This document shows, in pieces, positions 7,896-16,161 of a stretch of DNA of 64,000 nt. The stretch's first letter is position 1, and each line of letters begins with the position of its first letter. The notes below the pieces were generated by a model. That model had not been told where the DNA came from. It did not search any database and saw only the letters and a program-made list of their open reading frames with translations. The stretch is from Solirubrobacteraceae bacterium (GTDB lineage Bacteria; Actinomycetota; Thermoleophilia; Solirubrobacterales; Solirubrobacteraceae). The stretch spans positions 36,937-100,936 of the forward strand of contig DATAFH010000085.1 of NCBI GenBank assembly GCA_036257565.1, written 5' to 3'. Both the position numbers and the translations under genes were made by a program.

Positions 7896-8305
7896 GCTCC
7901 GAAGACCGCACACGCTCGACGGCCCGCGGGGAGGAGTTGCGGGAGAACCTGGCGGACACGGACGCCCGTCGCGCCGAGGAGGAGGCCGCCAAGGCGCAGC
8001 AGGCCACCGAGGAGGCCGAGAAGGAGCAGGAGAAGCAGGAGCGCGAGGCGCAGGAGGAGCGCGAGCGCGCGCAGCGCGTGCACCAGCAGGCCGACCACGC
8101 CCGCGCACAGGCCGACGAGGCGGTGGCCGGCGCCGCCACCCCCGGCCCGACCGGCCGGACGAGCTCGGTCGCGGCCGGCGGCGAGGGCACCAGCACCCCA
8201 CTCGACAGGCTTCCGCCGGCGGCGCAGCGCCCCGAGGTCCTCGTCGGCGCCACCTTCGTCGGCACGTTCCTCCTTGCCCGCATCCTCAAGCGCATCTTCG
8301 ACTGA
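7892..8305 (+). CDS. coiled-coil protein with C-terminal TM anchor (hypothetical)
   Basis: 137 aa. Glu/Gln/Ala/Arg-rich coiled-coil (EEEAAKAQQATEEAEKEQEKQEREAQEERERAQ) and a C-terminal VLVGATFVGTFLLARILKRIF helix. ATG 7892. Confidence 0.6.
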   Translation: MSSEDRTRSTARGEELRENLADTDARRAEEEAAKAQQATEEAEKEQEKQEREAQEERERAQRVHQQADHARAQADEAVAGAATPGPTGRTSSVAAGGEGTSTPLDRLPPAAQRPEVLVGATFVGTFLLARILKRIFD

Positions 8306-8306
8306 T

Positions 8307-8762
8307 ATGGCGAACGATCACGACACCTCAGAGCTCGGCCGCGCCGTCCAAGACGTCACGGAGCGGGCGAGCCTGCTCATCCGCGAGGAGATCGAGCTCG
8401 CCAAGCGCGAGATGAGCGAGAAGATCAACAAGCTCATCAAGGGCGCCGTGGTGGGGATCGTGGCCGGCATCTTCGCGGTGTTCGGCCTCGTCTACCTGCT
8501 CCATGCGGCGTCGTGGGCGATCTGGGAGCTGTTCGGCTTCGATCGCGACTTCTGGGTCGGCTTCCTGATCGTGGCCGTCGGCCTCTTCGTGCTCGGAGCG
8601 ATCGCCGGCTTCGTGGCCTCGCGGTTCCTCAAGCGCGGCTCGCCGCCCACCCCGCAGATGGCCATCGAGGAGGGCAAGCTGATCAAGGAGACGGTGACGA
8701 GCTCGCATCCCGCGACGCCGCAGGGCCCGACGACCGAGACCCGCACGAAGGTGCCGCGCTGA
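8307..8762 (+). CDS. phage-holin-superfamily-III-like membrane protein (actinobacterial 'holin-X' family)
   Basis: 151 aa. N-terminal amphipathic LIREEIELAKREMSEKINKL followed by two TM helices, which is the typical family layout. ATG 8307 lies 1 nt after the upstream TGA. Confidence 0.6.
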   Translation: MANDHDTSELGRAVQDVTERASLLIREEIELAKREMSEKINKLIKGAVVGIVAGIFAVFGLVYLLHAASWAIWELFGFDRDFWVGFLIVAVGLFVLGAIAGFVASRFLKRGSPPTPQMAIEEGKLIKETVTSSHPATPQGPTTETRTKVPR

Positions 8763-9007
8763 TGGCCGAGATCCGCTCTGCCGAGGAGATCCGCCAGTCG
8801 ATCGAGGCCAATCGCGCCGAGTTGGGCCTGTCGGTCGAGCGCCTGCGGACCGAGGTCGCGAAGGCCACCGACTGGCGGGGGCACTTCGAGCGCCATAAGA
8901 GGGAAGTGCTGATCGGCGCTGCCGTCGCCGGCTTCGTGCTCGGCGGCGGGATCGCGGCGATGACCGGCCTCGTCACCGGCCGGCGTCGCAGCCGCGAGCC
9001 GTACTGA
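8762..9007 (+). CDS. DUF3618 domain protein
   Basis: 81 aa. SAEEIRQSIEANRAELGLSVERLRTEV plus a C-terminal TM helix. The ATG shares one nt with the upstream TGA (TGATG). Confidence 0.65.
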   Translation: MAEIRSAEEIRQSIEANRAELGLSVERLRTEVAKATDWRGHFERHKREVLIGAAVAGFVLGGGIAAMTGLVTGRRRSREPY

Positions 9008-9047
9008 CACGCAGGCGTTTGCGCCACCGTGGAGAATCCGGTGGCGA

Positions 9048-10142
9048 GTGAGCGTCCCTGGGGCCACCCGAGAGGACTTTCCGAACGTCCGCGCGATCCT
9101 TCGGGTGGTGCTGGTCGTCGTCGTGGTGGTCCTCACGCTGTGGCTGATGTTCCTGCTGCGGCGGCCGCTGACATGGATCTTCATCGCGGCCTTCATCGCC
9201 GTTGCGCTGTCGGGCCCGATCAACGTGCTGGAGCGGCACATGCGGCGCGGGTTCGCGGTCGCGATCGTCTACATCGCGCTGATCCTCGCGCCGTTCGCGC
9301 TGATCGGGCTGCTCGTGCCGCCGATCGTCACGCAGGCCAACAACCTCGTGCAGAATCTGCCCGACTACGCGCGGCAGCTGTCCGAGTTCGTCAACGAGAA
9401 CGACCAGCTGCGCCAGCTTCAGGAGGACTACGACATCACCGGGAAGCTGGAGGAGGAGGCCGCCAAGCTCCCCAGCCGCCTCGGCGACGCCGCGGGCGTG
9501 CTGAGCGACATCGGCGTCGGCCTCGTCAACTCGATCTTCGCGGCGGTCACGATCCTCGTGCTCTCGATCTTCATGCAGGGCAGCGGGCGCCGCTTCCTCG
9601 AGTGGTGGGCCAGCCGCTATCCGCCCGATCGCGAGCAGTGGATGCGGAACCTGTTCCAGCGCATCGGCAACGCGATCGGCAACTACGTGGCGGGCGCGCT
9701 CCTGCAGGCCACCGTGGCCGGCATCTCGAGCTGGATCATGCTGCTGATCCTCGGCGTCGACTACGCCCTGCCGCTCGCCGTCGTCGTGTTCGCGCTCGAC
9801 CTCATCCCGCTGGTCGGCGCGACGCTCGGCGCCGTGATCGTCGGGATCGTGACGGTGTTCTCGGACTTCCCGATCGACACCGCGATCTGGACGGCGTACG
9901 CGATCATCTACCAGCAGATCGAGAACAACGTCATCCAGCCGCGCATCCAGGCCAAGGCGGTGCAGCTCGACCCGCTGATCGTGCTCGTCTCCGTCCTCTT
10001 CGGCTCGACGCTGTTCGGCGTGCTCGGCGCCTTGCTCGCCATACCCGTGGCCGCCTCCATCCAGATCACCATCCGCGAGTACTGGCAGCAGCGGCAGGCG
10101 GAGGGCCCCGCGCCACCCGCGGGCAGCCAGGCTCCGGCGTAG
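9048..10142 (+). CDS. AI-2E family transporter (PerM/UPF0118)
   Basis: 364 aa polytopic membrane protein with the family-typical layout and the ...LIPLVGATLGAV...YQQIENNVIQPRI... motif. Confidence 0.85.
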   Translation: MSVPGATREDFPNVRAILRVVLVVVVVVLTLWLMFLLRRPLTWIFIAAFIAVALSGPINVLERHMRRGFAVAIVYIALILAPFALIGLLVPPIVTQANNLVQNLPDYARQLSEFVNENDQLRQLQEDYDITGKLEEEAAKLPSRLGDAAGVLSDIGVGLVNSIFAAVTILVLSIFMQGSGRRFLEWWASRYPPDREQWMRNLFQRIGNAIGNYVAGALLQATVAGISSWIMLLILGVDYALPLAVVVFALDLIPLVGATLGAVIVGIVTVFSDFPIDTAIWTAYAIIYQQIENNVIQPRIQAKAVQLDPLIVLVSVLFGSTLFGVLGALLAIPVAASIQITIREYWQQRQAEGPAPPAGSQAPA

Positions 10143-10175
10143 CCGGGAATACGCGGGCGGTGCGCGTCGTCATCC

Positions 10176-11342
10176 ATGACGATGCGAGTCCTCCTGACCT
10201 CGAACAGCGGCGCTGGGCACATCGGCCCGCTCGTCCCGTTCGCCCACGCCTTCCTGGACGCCGGCCACGACGTGCTGCTGGCCGCGCCCGCCGCCGCACG
10301 TCCCACCGTCGAGCGCGAGGACCTCCCCTTCTTTCCACTTGCCGATCCGCCGACCGAGGAGACCGACGCGATCTGGGAGTCGCTCCCCAGCCTGCCGGAG
10401 GAGGAGCGGAGCGTGCGCGTGATGCGCGACATCTTCGCCGACATCGACTTCCGCGCGTCGTTCCCCGGCGTGCTGCGCGCCGTCGACCGCTTCCGGCCCG
10501 ACGTGCTGCTGCGCGAGCCGACCGAGTACGCGGGCCTGCTCGCCGCCGAGCGCCTCGGCCTGCCGCACGGGCGGATCGCCATCATGGCCGCCGCGTCGGA
10601 GACCTGGGGCGTGCCGATCGTCGCCCCCGCGCTCGACGCCCACCGCGAGCGGCTCGGCCTCCCGCGTGACCCGTCCGGCCGGCGCATCAAGGAGAGCCCG
10701 TACCTGACGGTCATCCCCGAGGCGCTCGAGGCTCCCGACGACTTCGGCCCCGCACATGCCGTCCGCTTCCGTGAGCGCCGTGCCGAGCCGCGGCCGCTGC
10801 CCGACTGGTGGCGCGGCGGCTATCACCGCCCGCTGGTCTACGCCAGCTACGGCTCGGTCACGCCGAGCCTGCCGTTCTTCCCCGAGCTCTTCCGGGCGAC
10901 GGTCGCCGCGCTCGGCGAGCTTCCCGTGCGAGCGCTGTTCACAGTCGGCATCGAGGTGGACGTCTCCTCGCTCGGTCCCGTGCCGGACAACGTGCGCGTC
11001 GAGCGCTGGATCCCGCAGGAGGCGGTCATGCCGCACGCGGCGGTGATGATCGCTCACGGCGGCGCCGGCTCGACGCGCATGGCGCTGGCCGCGGGCGTGC
11101 CGTCGGTGATCGTCCCGGGCTTCGCCGACCAGTTCCGCAACGCCGAGCGCGTGGCGGCGTTGGGGGCGGGCATGCAGGCGACCGCCGACGACCTCGTGAG
11201 CGCCGTCCGGCGCATCCTCGCCGAGCCGTCCTACCGCGAGAGCGCAAAGCGAGTGGCGGCCGAGGTCGCCCGGCTGCCGCTCGTCGACGAGGCGCCGGAA
11301 TCCGTCGGGGCCTGGCTCGGCGAGACGGCCCGCGCGGCCTAG
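10176..11342 (+). CDS. GT1-family glycosyltransferase (MGT/UDP-glycosyltransferase-like)
   Basis: 388 aa. MRVLLTSNSGAGHIGPLVPFAHAF N-terminus and C-terminal HGGAGSTRMALAAGVPSVIVPGFADQFRNA nucleotide-sugar binding motif. Confidence 0.85.
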   Translation: MTMRVLLTSNSGAGHIGPLVPFAHAFLDAGHDVLLAAPAAARPTVEREDLPFFPLADPPTEETDAIWESLPSLPEEERSVRVMRDIFADIDFRASFPGVLRAVDRFRPDVLLREPTEYAGLLAAERLGLPHGRIAIMAAASETWGVPIVAPALDAHRERLGLPRDPSGRRIKESPYLTVIPEALEAPDDFGPAHAVRFRERRAEPRPLPDWWRGGYHRPLVYASYGSVTPSLPFFPELFRATVAALGELPVRALFTVGIEVDVSSLGPVPDNVRVERWIPQEAVMPHAAVMIAHGGAGSTRMALAAGVPSVIVPGFADQFRNAERVAALGAGMQATADDLVSAVRRILAEPSYRESAKRVAAEVARLPLVDEAPESVGAWLGETARAA

Positions 11343-12211
11343 ACCGGCCCGAGCAGCGAGGTCGGCAGGCCGGTGACGCCGAACAGCCCCGGGCCGACGT
11401 GGGCGCCGATGACCGGCCCGATCTCCGACACGAACTCAGGATCGCGGCCGTAGATGTCGCGCCCGCGCTCGGCGAGCCGGTCGGCGACATCGTGGGCCTG
11501 GATGTGCTGGACGAAGAACACGTCGGCGCCGGACTCGCGCGCCGCGGTCAGGTGGTCGACCATCCGCTCGAACGCGCGGCCCGCCGTGCGAACCCGCTCC
11601 ATCGGCTGGATCTCGCGGTCGATCGTGAGGATCGGCTTGATCTTGAGCGCCGAGCCGACCCACGCCTGGGCGGCGCCGATCCGCCCTCCGCGCCGCAGGT
11701 ACTCGAGCGTGTCGACGGCGAAGATGATCCGCATCCTCGCGCGCAGCGCGACGGCGGCCTCGGCCGCACCGTGCAGGTCCGCCCCATCCAGCGCGGCGTT
11801 GCGGGCGGCGATCGCCATCAGGCCGTGCCCGGCGCAGCCCGTGTCGGAGTCGACGACCTCGATTCGCGCCGGGTCGATCCCTCGCTCGATCAGGGCGTCG
11901 CGCGCCTGGCGGGCGGACTGGACGGTGCCCGAGATACCGCCCGAGAGATGGATGGAGAGCACGTCGTCGCCCGCCTCGAGCAGCGGCTCGTAGACCGCGA
12001 GGAAGTCGCCGACCGACGGCTGCGACGTGCTCGGCAGCGTCGTCGCCGTGCGCAGGTGGTCGTAGAAGCCGTCGTAGTCGGGCAGGTCGCTCTCCCGATC
12101 CGTGTGCCCATCCCAGTTCACGTAGAGCGAGACGAGGTGCAGGTCGTGGCGCTCGACCACCGCCGAAGGCAGGTACTGGGTCGTGTCGGTCACCACTGCG
12201 ACGCCGGACAT
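11339..12211 (-). CDS. DegV family fatty-acid-binding protein
   Basis: 290 aa. VAVVTDTTQYLP..., SIHLSGGISGTVQSA, typical DegV. The 3' end overlaps the GT1 gene by 4 nt. Confidence 0.88.
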   Translation of the reverse strand: MSGVAVVTDTTQYLPSAVVERHDLHLVSLYVNWDGHTDRESDLPDYDGFYDHLRTATTLPSTSQPSVGDFLAVYEPLLEAGDDVLSIHLSGGISGTVQSARQARDALIERGIDPARIEVVDSDTGCAGHGLMAIAARNAALDGADLHGAAEAAVALRARMRIIFAVDTLEYLRRGGRIGAAQAWVGSALKIKPILTIDREIQPMERVRTAGRAFERMVDHLTAARESGADVFFVQHIQAHDVADRLAERGRDIYGRDPEFVSEIGPVIGAHVGPGLFGVTGLPTSLLGPV

Positions 12212-12234
12212 GGCGGGCAGCCTATCCTCGCGCC

Positions 12235-13269
12235 GTGGCGCGAGCGCTGGTGACGGGAGGGACCGGGTTCATCGGCTCGCATGTCGTGCGGGCGCTGCTC
12301 ACCCGGGGCGACGAGGTGCGCGTCACCGTGCGGCCGTCATCGCGCACGGACGTGCCCCCGGAGGTCGAGCGGGTGACCGCCGACGTGACGGACCGCCGCG
12401 CGGTGCGGCGCGCGGTGCGCGGGGTCGATCGCGTGTTTCACGTGGCGGGGACCACGCGCCTGGGACTCGACCCCGCCGAGCTGCTGCGCCTCCACGTCGA
12501 CGGTACGCGCGCGGTGCTCGACGCGTCGCTGGCCGAGGGCGTGGACCGCGTCGTGTACGTCTCCTCGGTAGCGGCGATCGGGCCGGCGCGGCCGGGCGGC
12601 GCGCTGGACGAGCGGCACGTGCGGACCGGCCCGCTGGGGATCCCGTACGCCGACGCCAAGCACGCCGCCGAGGTCGAGGCGCTGCGCATCGCCGCGCGCG
12701 GGCTCGACGTGGTCGTGGCGAGCCCCGCCCACGTGTTCGGGCGAGGCGACGAGAGCCGGTCGTCGACCGAGGTCGTGCGCCGCTTCCTGCTGCGGCGGAT
12801 CCCCGCCTACGTCGACGGGGCGATCAACATCGTCGACGTCGAGGACGTGGCCGCCGGGCTCCTGCTGTGCGACGAGCGGGGGGTCCCGGGAGAGCGGTAC
12901 ATCCTCGGCACGCGCAACTACACGTGGCAGCGGCTGTTCGGCGAGCTGCAGCGGATCTCGGGCGTCGAAGGCCCCGTGATGCGGCTGCCCCGCTCGCTCG
13001 CGCTGGCGGTCGCCGAGGGGTCGGCGCGGCTGCCGGGGCCGACGATCGGCAGCCCGGAGGAGATCCGGGCCGCGGCGCACTGGTGGACGTACCGGTCGGC
13101 CAAGGCGCGGCGCGAGCTGGGCTGGACGACCCGCCCGCACGAGGACACGGTCGAGGCGACGGTCCGGTGGCACCAGGAGCTGCTCGGCGACCGGCTGCTG
13201 CGGGTGGGCCGCCGCCAGCCGCTCGCGTGGCGCCTCGTGGGGTGGGCCGTGCGCGAGGCGATGCGGTGA
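12235..13269 (+). CDS. NAD-dependent epimerase/dehydratase (extended SDR)
   Basis: 344 aa. GGTGFIGSHVV Rossmann motif and YADAK catalytic YxxxK. Confidence 0.85.
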   Translation: MARALVTGGTGFIGSHVVRALLTRGDEVRVTVRPSSRTDVPPEVERVTADVTDRRAVRRAVRGVDRVFHVAGTTRLGLDPAELLRLHVDGTRAVLDASLAEGVDRVVYVSSVAAIGPARPGGALDERHVRTGPLGIPYADAKHAAEVEALRIAARGLDVVVASPAHVFGRGDESRSSTEVVRRFLLRRIPAYVDGAINIVDVEDVAAGLLLCDERGVPGERYILGTRNYTWQRLFGELQRISGVEGPVMRLPRSLALAVAEGSARLPGPTIGSPEEIRAAAHWWTYRSAKARRELGWTTRPHEDTVEATVRWHQELLGDRLLRVGRRQPLAWRLVGWAVREAMR

Positions 13270-13406
13270 GCCCGGCGGTCGTCCACCGGTGCCGAAGCTC
13301 GACGCTCGGTGAGCGTCTATGCGCCACGTTCGTCGCTTGCCTGCCGGCGCTCCGTCGGTAGGGTGAACGCGACGCGAAAGGGCGTCGCCCGACGATCGGA
13401 GGACCC

Positions 13407-13805
13407 ATGAAGTTCCTTCTCACGATCTATGGAGACGAGCGGCGGTGGACCGACGCCACTCCCGAGCAGGTCGGCCAGGTGATGGCCGCCTACGAGGCGT
13501 TCGGGCGCGCGGCCGCCGACGCCGGCGTGCTCGTCGGCGGCGAGGGGCTGCAGCCCACGAGCACGGCCACCACCGTGCGCGTGCGTGACAACGAGACACT
13601 GACCACCGACGGGCCGTTCGCGGAGACGCGCGAGCAGCTCGGCGGCTACTACCTCCTCGACTGCAGCGACCTCGACGACGCGATCGGCTGGGCCGCCCGG
13701 ATCCCCGATGCGGCGCACGGCTCGGTCGAGGTCCGCCCGGTCATGGACTACGACGGCGCCGGCGCCGAACACCCCGACGAGGCGCGGCAGGGCGCGCAGC
13801 GCTGA
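13407..13805 (+). CDS. YciI-like / DGPF domain protein
   Basis: 132 aa. TTDGPFAETREQLGGYYLLDCSDLDDAIGWAARIP contains the DGPF motif. GGAGGA Shine-Dalgarno sequence at 13398-13403. Confidence 0.88.
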   Translation: MKFLLTIYGDERRWTDATPEQVGQVMAAYEAFGRAAADAGVLVGGEGLQPTSTATTVRVRDNETLTTDGPFAETREQLGGYYLLDCSDLDDAIGWAARIPDAAHGSVEVRPVMDYDGAGAEHPDEARQGAQR

Positions 13806-13946
13806 GCCTGAATCCACCGATTCTCGCGGCGAATCACCGCCGTATGCACGGCCATCCGCCGATTCGGCCGAGCACCCAGGTGACCCGCCACGTCGATGCT
13901 CGGCCGATCGACGCGTGACCGGGCCCACGTCGATGATTCATCCACG

Positions 13947-15218
13947 ATGCTCGGTGGATCCACGCTGAGCGCCCCCGGGGCAGCCATCGACCGCCTGTTC
14001 CGGCGTGAGTCCGGGCAGGCGGTGGCCGCCCTGGCCCGAGCCTTCGGCGACCTCGACCGCGCCGAGGAGGCCGTGCAGGACGCCTTCCTCGTCGCCCTCG
14101 AGCGCTGGCCCCGCGACGGGATCCCGCCCAACCCCGCGGCCTGGATCGCCGTCACCGCGCGCCGCAAGGCCATCGACCGCCTCCGCGCCGCGCGCCGGGA
14201 GTCCCCGTCGCCGGCCGCGGCGCTGCTCGACGAGGCGGCGGGCGATGCGGCCGACGAAGCCGCGGTCGGCGGCGAGGGCGAGTCGCCGATCCCGGACGAG
14301 CGGCTCGAGCTCATCTTCGCGTGCTGCCACCCTGCGCTGGCCCCAGAGGCGCGCGTCGCGCTCACGCTGCGCGCCCTCGGCGGCCTGTCCACGCGCGAGG
14401 TGGCCCGCGCCTTCCTCGTCTCCGAGGACGCGATGGCCCAGCGCCTCCAGCGCGCGAAGCAGAAGCTGCGCGGGGCGGGGATCCGGTTCGAGCTGCCGCG
14501 CGAGCGCGACCTGCCCACGCGCCGCGCCTCCGTGCTCGCGACGCTGTACCTGATCTTCAGCGAGGGCTACGCGGCGACCGCCGGTGACGCGCTCGTGCGC
14601 CGCGAGCTGTGCGCCGAGGCGATCCGCCTCACGCGCGTGCTGTGCCGGCTCATGCCCGACGAGCCGGAGGCGCTCGGGCTGCTGGCGCTGATGCTGCTGC
14701 ACGACTCGCGCCGCGACGCGCGGGTCGACGCGGCCGGCGAGCTCGTCCTCCTCGCCGACCAGGACCGCTCGCGCTGGGACGGCGAGGCGATCGCCGAGGG
14801 GTCGGGGCTGGTTGAGCGCGCGCTCGCGCTCGGCGGCGGCGGGAAGTACGTGCTGCAGGCGTGCATCGCCGCCGAGCACGCGCGGCCGGGCGGGCCGGAC
14901 TGGACCCGCGTGGCGGGAGCGTACGAGCAGCTGCTGGCGGTCGCCGGGAGCCCGGTCGTGGCCCTCAACCGTGCGGTCGCGGTGGCGATGGCCCGCGGCC
15001 CGGAGGCCGGGCTGGCGCTCATGGACGAGCTGGCGAGCGAGCTCGACGGCTACCACCTCTTCCACTCGGCGCGCGCGGACCTCCTTCGGCGCCTGGACCG
15101 GTCGGCCGACGCGGCCGCGGCCTACTCCCGAGCGCTGGAGCTGGCCGTCAATCCGGTCGAGCGGACGTTCCTGGCGCGGCGGCTCGACGAGGTCGCCACG
15201 GCTCGACGACGGCCTTGA
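13947..15218 (+). CDS. ECF sigma factor with long C-terminal (TPR-like/DUF6596) extension, ECF42-like
   Basis: Sigma region 2 (QDAFLVALERWPRDGIPPNPAAWIAVTARRKAIDRLR), region 4 (LGGLSTREVARAFLVSEDAMAQRLQRAKQKLR) and a ~230-aa helical C-terminal extension. Start is ambiguous between ATG 13947 and ATG 13896. Confidence 0.82.
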   Translation: MLGGSTLSAPGAAIDRLFRRESGQAVAALARAFGDLDRAEEAVQDAFLVALERWPRDGIPPNPAAWIAVTARRKAIDRLRAARRESPSPAAALLDEAAGDAADEAAVGGEGESPIPDERLELIFACCHPALAPEARVALTLRALGGLSTREVARAFLVSEDAMAQRLQRAKQKLRGAGIRFELPRERDLPTRRASVLATLYLIFSEGYAATAGDALVRRELCAEAIRLTRVLCRLMPDEPEALGLLALMLLHDSRRDARVDAAGELVLLADQDRSRWDGEAIAEGSGLVERALALGGGGKYVLQACIAAEHARPGGPDWTRVAGAYEQLLAVAGSPVVALNRAVAVAMARGPEAGLALMDELASELDGYHLFHSARADLLRRLDRSADAAAAYSRALELAVNPVERTFLARRLDEVATARRRP

Positions 15219-16161
15219 GCGCCGCGCCGGACCGCTGGGCCTCGAGCGCCGCGTTGGTCTGCTCGAGGGTGAAGCGATGGGTGATGAGCTCCGCAGTGCG
15301 GACCGCGCCGCGCTGCAGGAGCCGCAGGGCCTCTCGCCACTCGACCGGCCCGGCGGACCAGCTCGCCGTGACCCCGAGCTCACGCGAGAAGACGGTCCAG
15401 CCGTCGATCAGCAGCGGGCGGCCGGGTTCCCCCGGCGCGTAGAGGCAGAGCCGGCCGCCGGGCGCGAGGGCGTCGGCGGCTCCGGCGATCGCCTCCGGCC
15501 TGTCCGTGCAGACCACCGCCGCGTCGACGGGCTCGTTGCCGTGCGCCGTCGCGCCCCAGGCCTCGGCGCGCGAGAGCCGCACGGGATCCGGCTCGCGCAC
15601 CCACACGGCGTCGACCCCGCGCGCGTGGGCGGCGGCGATATGGAGCAGCCCGCTGCAGCCGGCGCCGACGACGAGCAGGCTGTCGCCCGGCCGCACCTCG
15701 GCCCGCGCTTGGGCGCGGAGGGCGCAGGCGAGCGGCTCGGTCACGGTCGCCGCCACCGGGTCGAGCCCGTCGAGAGGCAGCAGCTCGGGCACCAGCGCCG
15801 CCTCGACCCGCACGTACTCCGAGAAGCCGCCGGGGTCGAGCGCCGTCGAGCGGAAGCGGTCGCACAGCGTCTCGTGCCCGTGCCGGCAGCGGCGGCACTC
15901 GCCGCAGGGGACGTGGTGATGGATGACCACGCGATCGCCCGGCGCCACGCCGGTCACCAGCGAGCCGACCTCGACCACCTCGCCCACGGGCTCGTGGCCG
16001 AGCACCGCCGGCAGCTTGCGCGTCACGTACGAGCCGTGGACGTCCGACCCGCACGTGGCGCAGGCGAGCATCCGGCATACGACCTCGTCTGGCGCCGGGA
16101 CCGGGTCCGGCCGCTCCTCGATCCGCGTCTCGCCCGGCGCGACGGTGACGGCGACCCTCAC
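15148..16161 (-). CDS. zinc-dependent alcohol dehydrogenase (MDR family)
   Basis: GTG 16161 overlaps the mtnA stop (GTGA). Zn motifs CATCGSDVH, GHEPVGEVVEVG and CGECRRCRHGHETLC, plus dinucleotide fold LLVVGAGCSGL. Only the last 337 codons of listed ORF 15148..17403 are used. Confidence 0.85.
   Translation of the reverse strand: MRVAVTVAPGETRIEERPDPVPAPDEVVCRMLACATCGSDVHGSYVTRKLPAVLGHEPVGEVVEVGSLVTGVAPGDRVVIHHHVPCGECRRCRHGHETLCDRFRSTALDPGGFSEYVRVEAALVPELLPLDGLDPVAATVTEPLACALRAQARAEVRPGDSLLVVGAGCSGLLHIAAAHARGVDAVWVREPDPVRLSRAEAWGATAHGNEPVDAAVVCTDRPEAIAGAADALAPGGRLCLYAPGEPGRPLLIDGWTVFSRELGVTASWSAGPVEWREALRLLQRGAVRTAELITHRFTLEQTNAALEAQRSGAALKAVVEPWRPRRAAAPGTSARPD

Noticed and set aside
7960-8100. 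Repetitive GAG/CAG/GCG-rich stretch that could be mistaken for a tandem repeat or CRISPR-like array
   Set aside because: It is in frame within the coiled-coil ORF 7892..8305 (EEEAAKAQQATEEAEKEQEKQEREAQEERERAQ). It has no regular repeat-spacer periodicity. This is coding low complexity.
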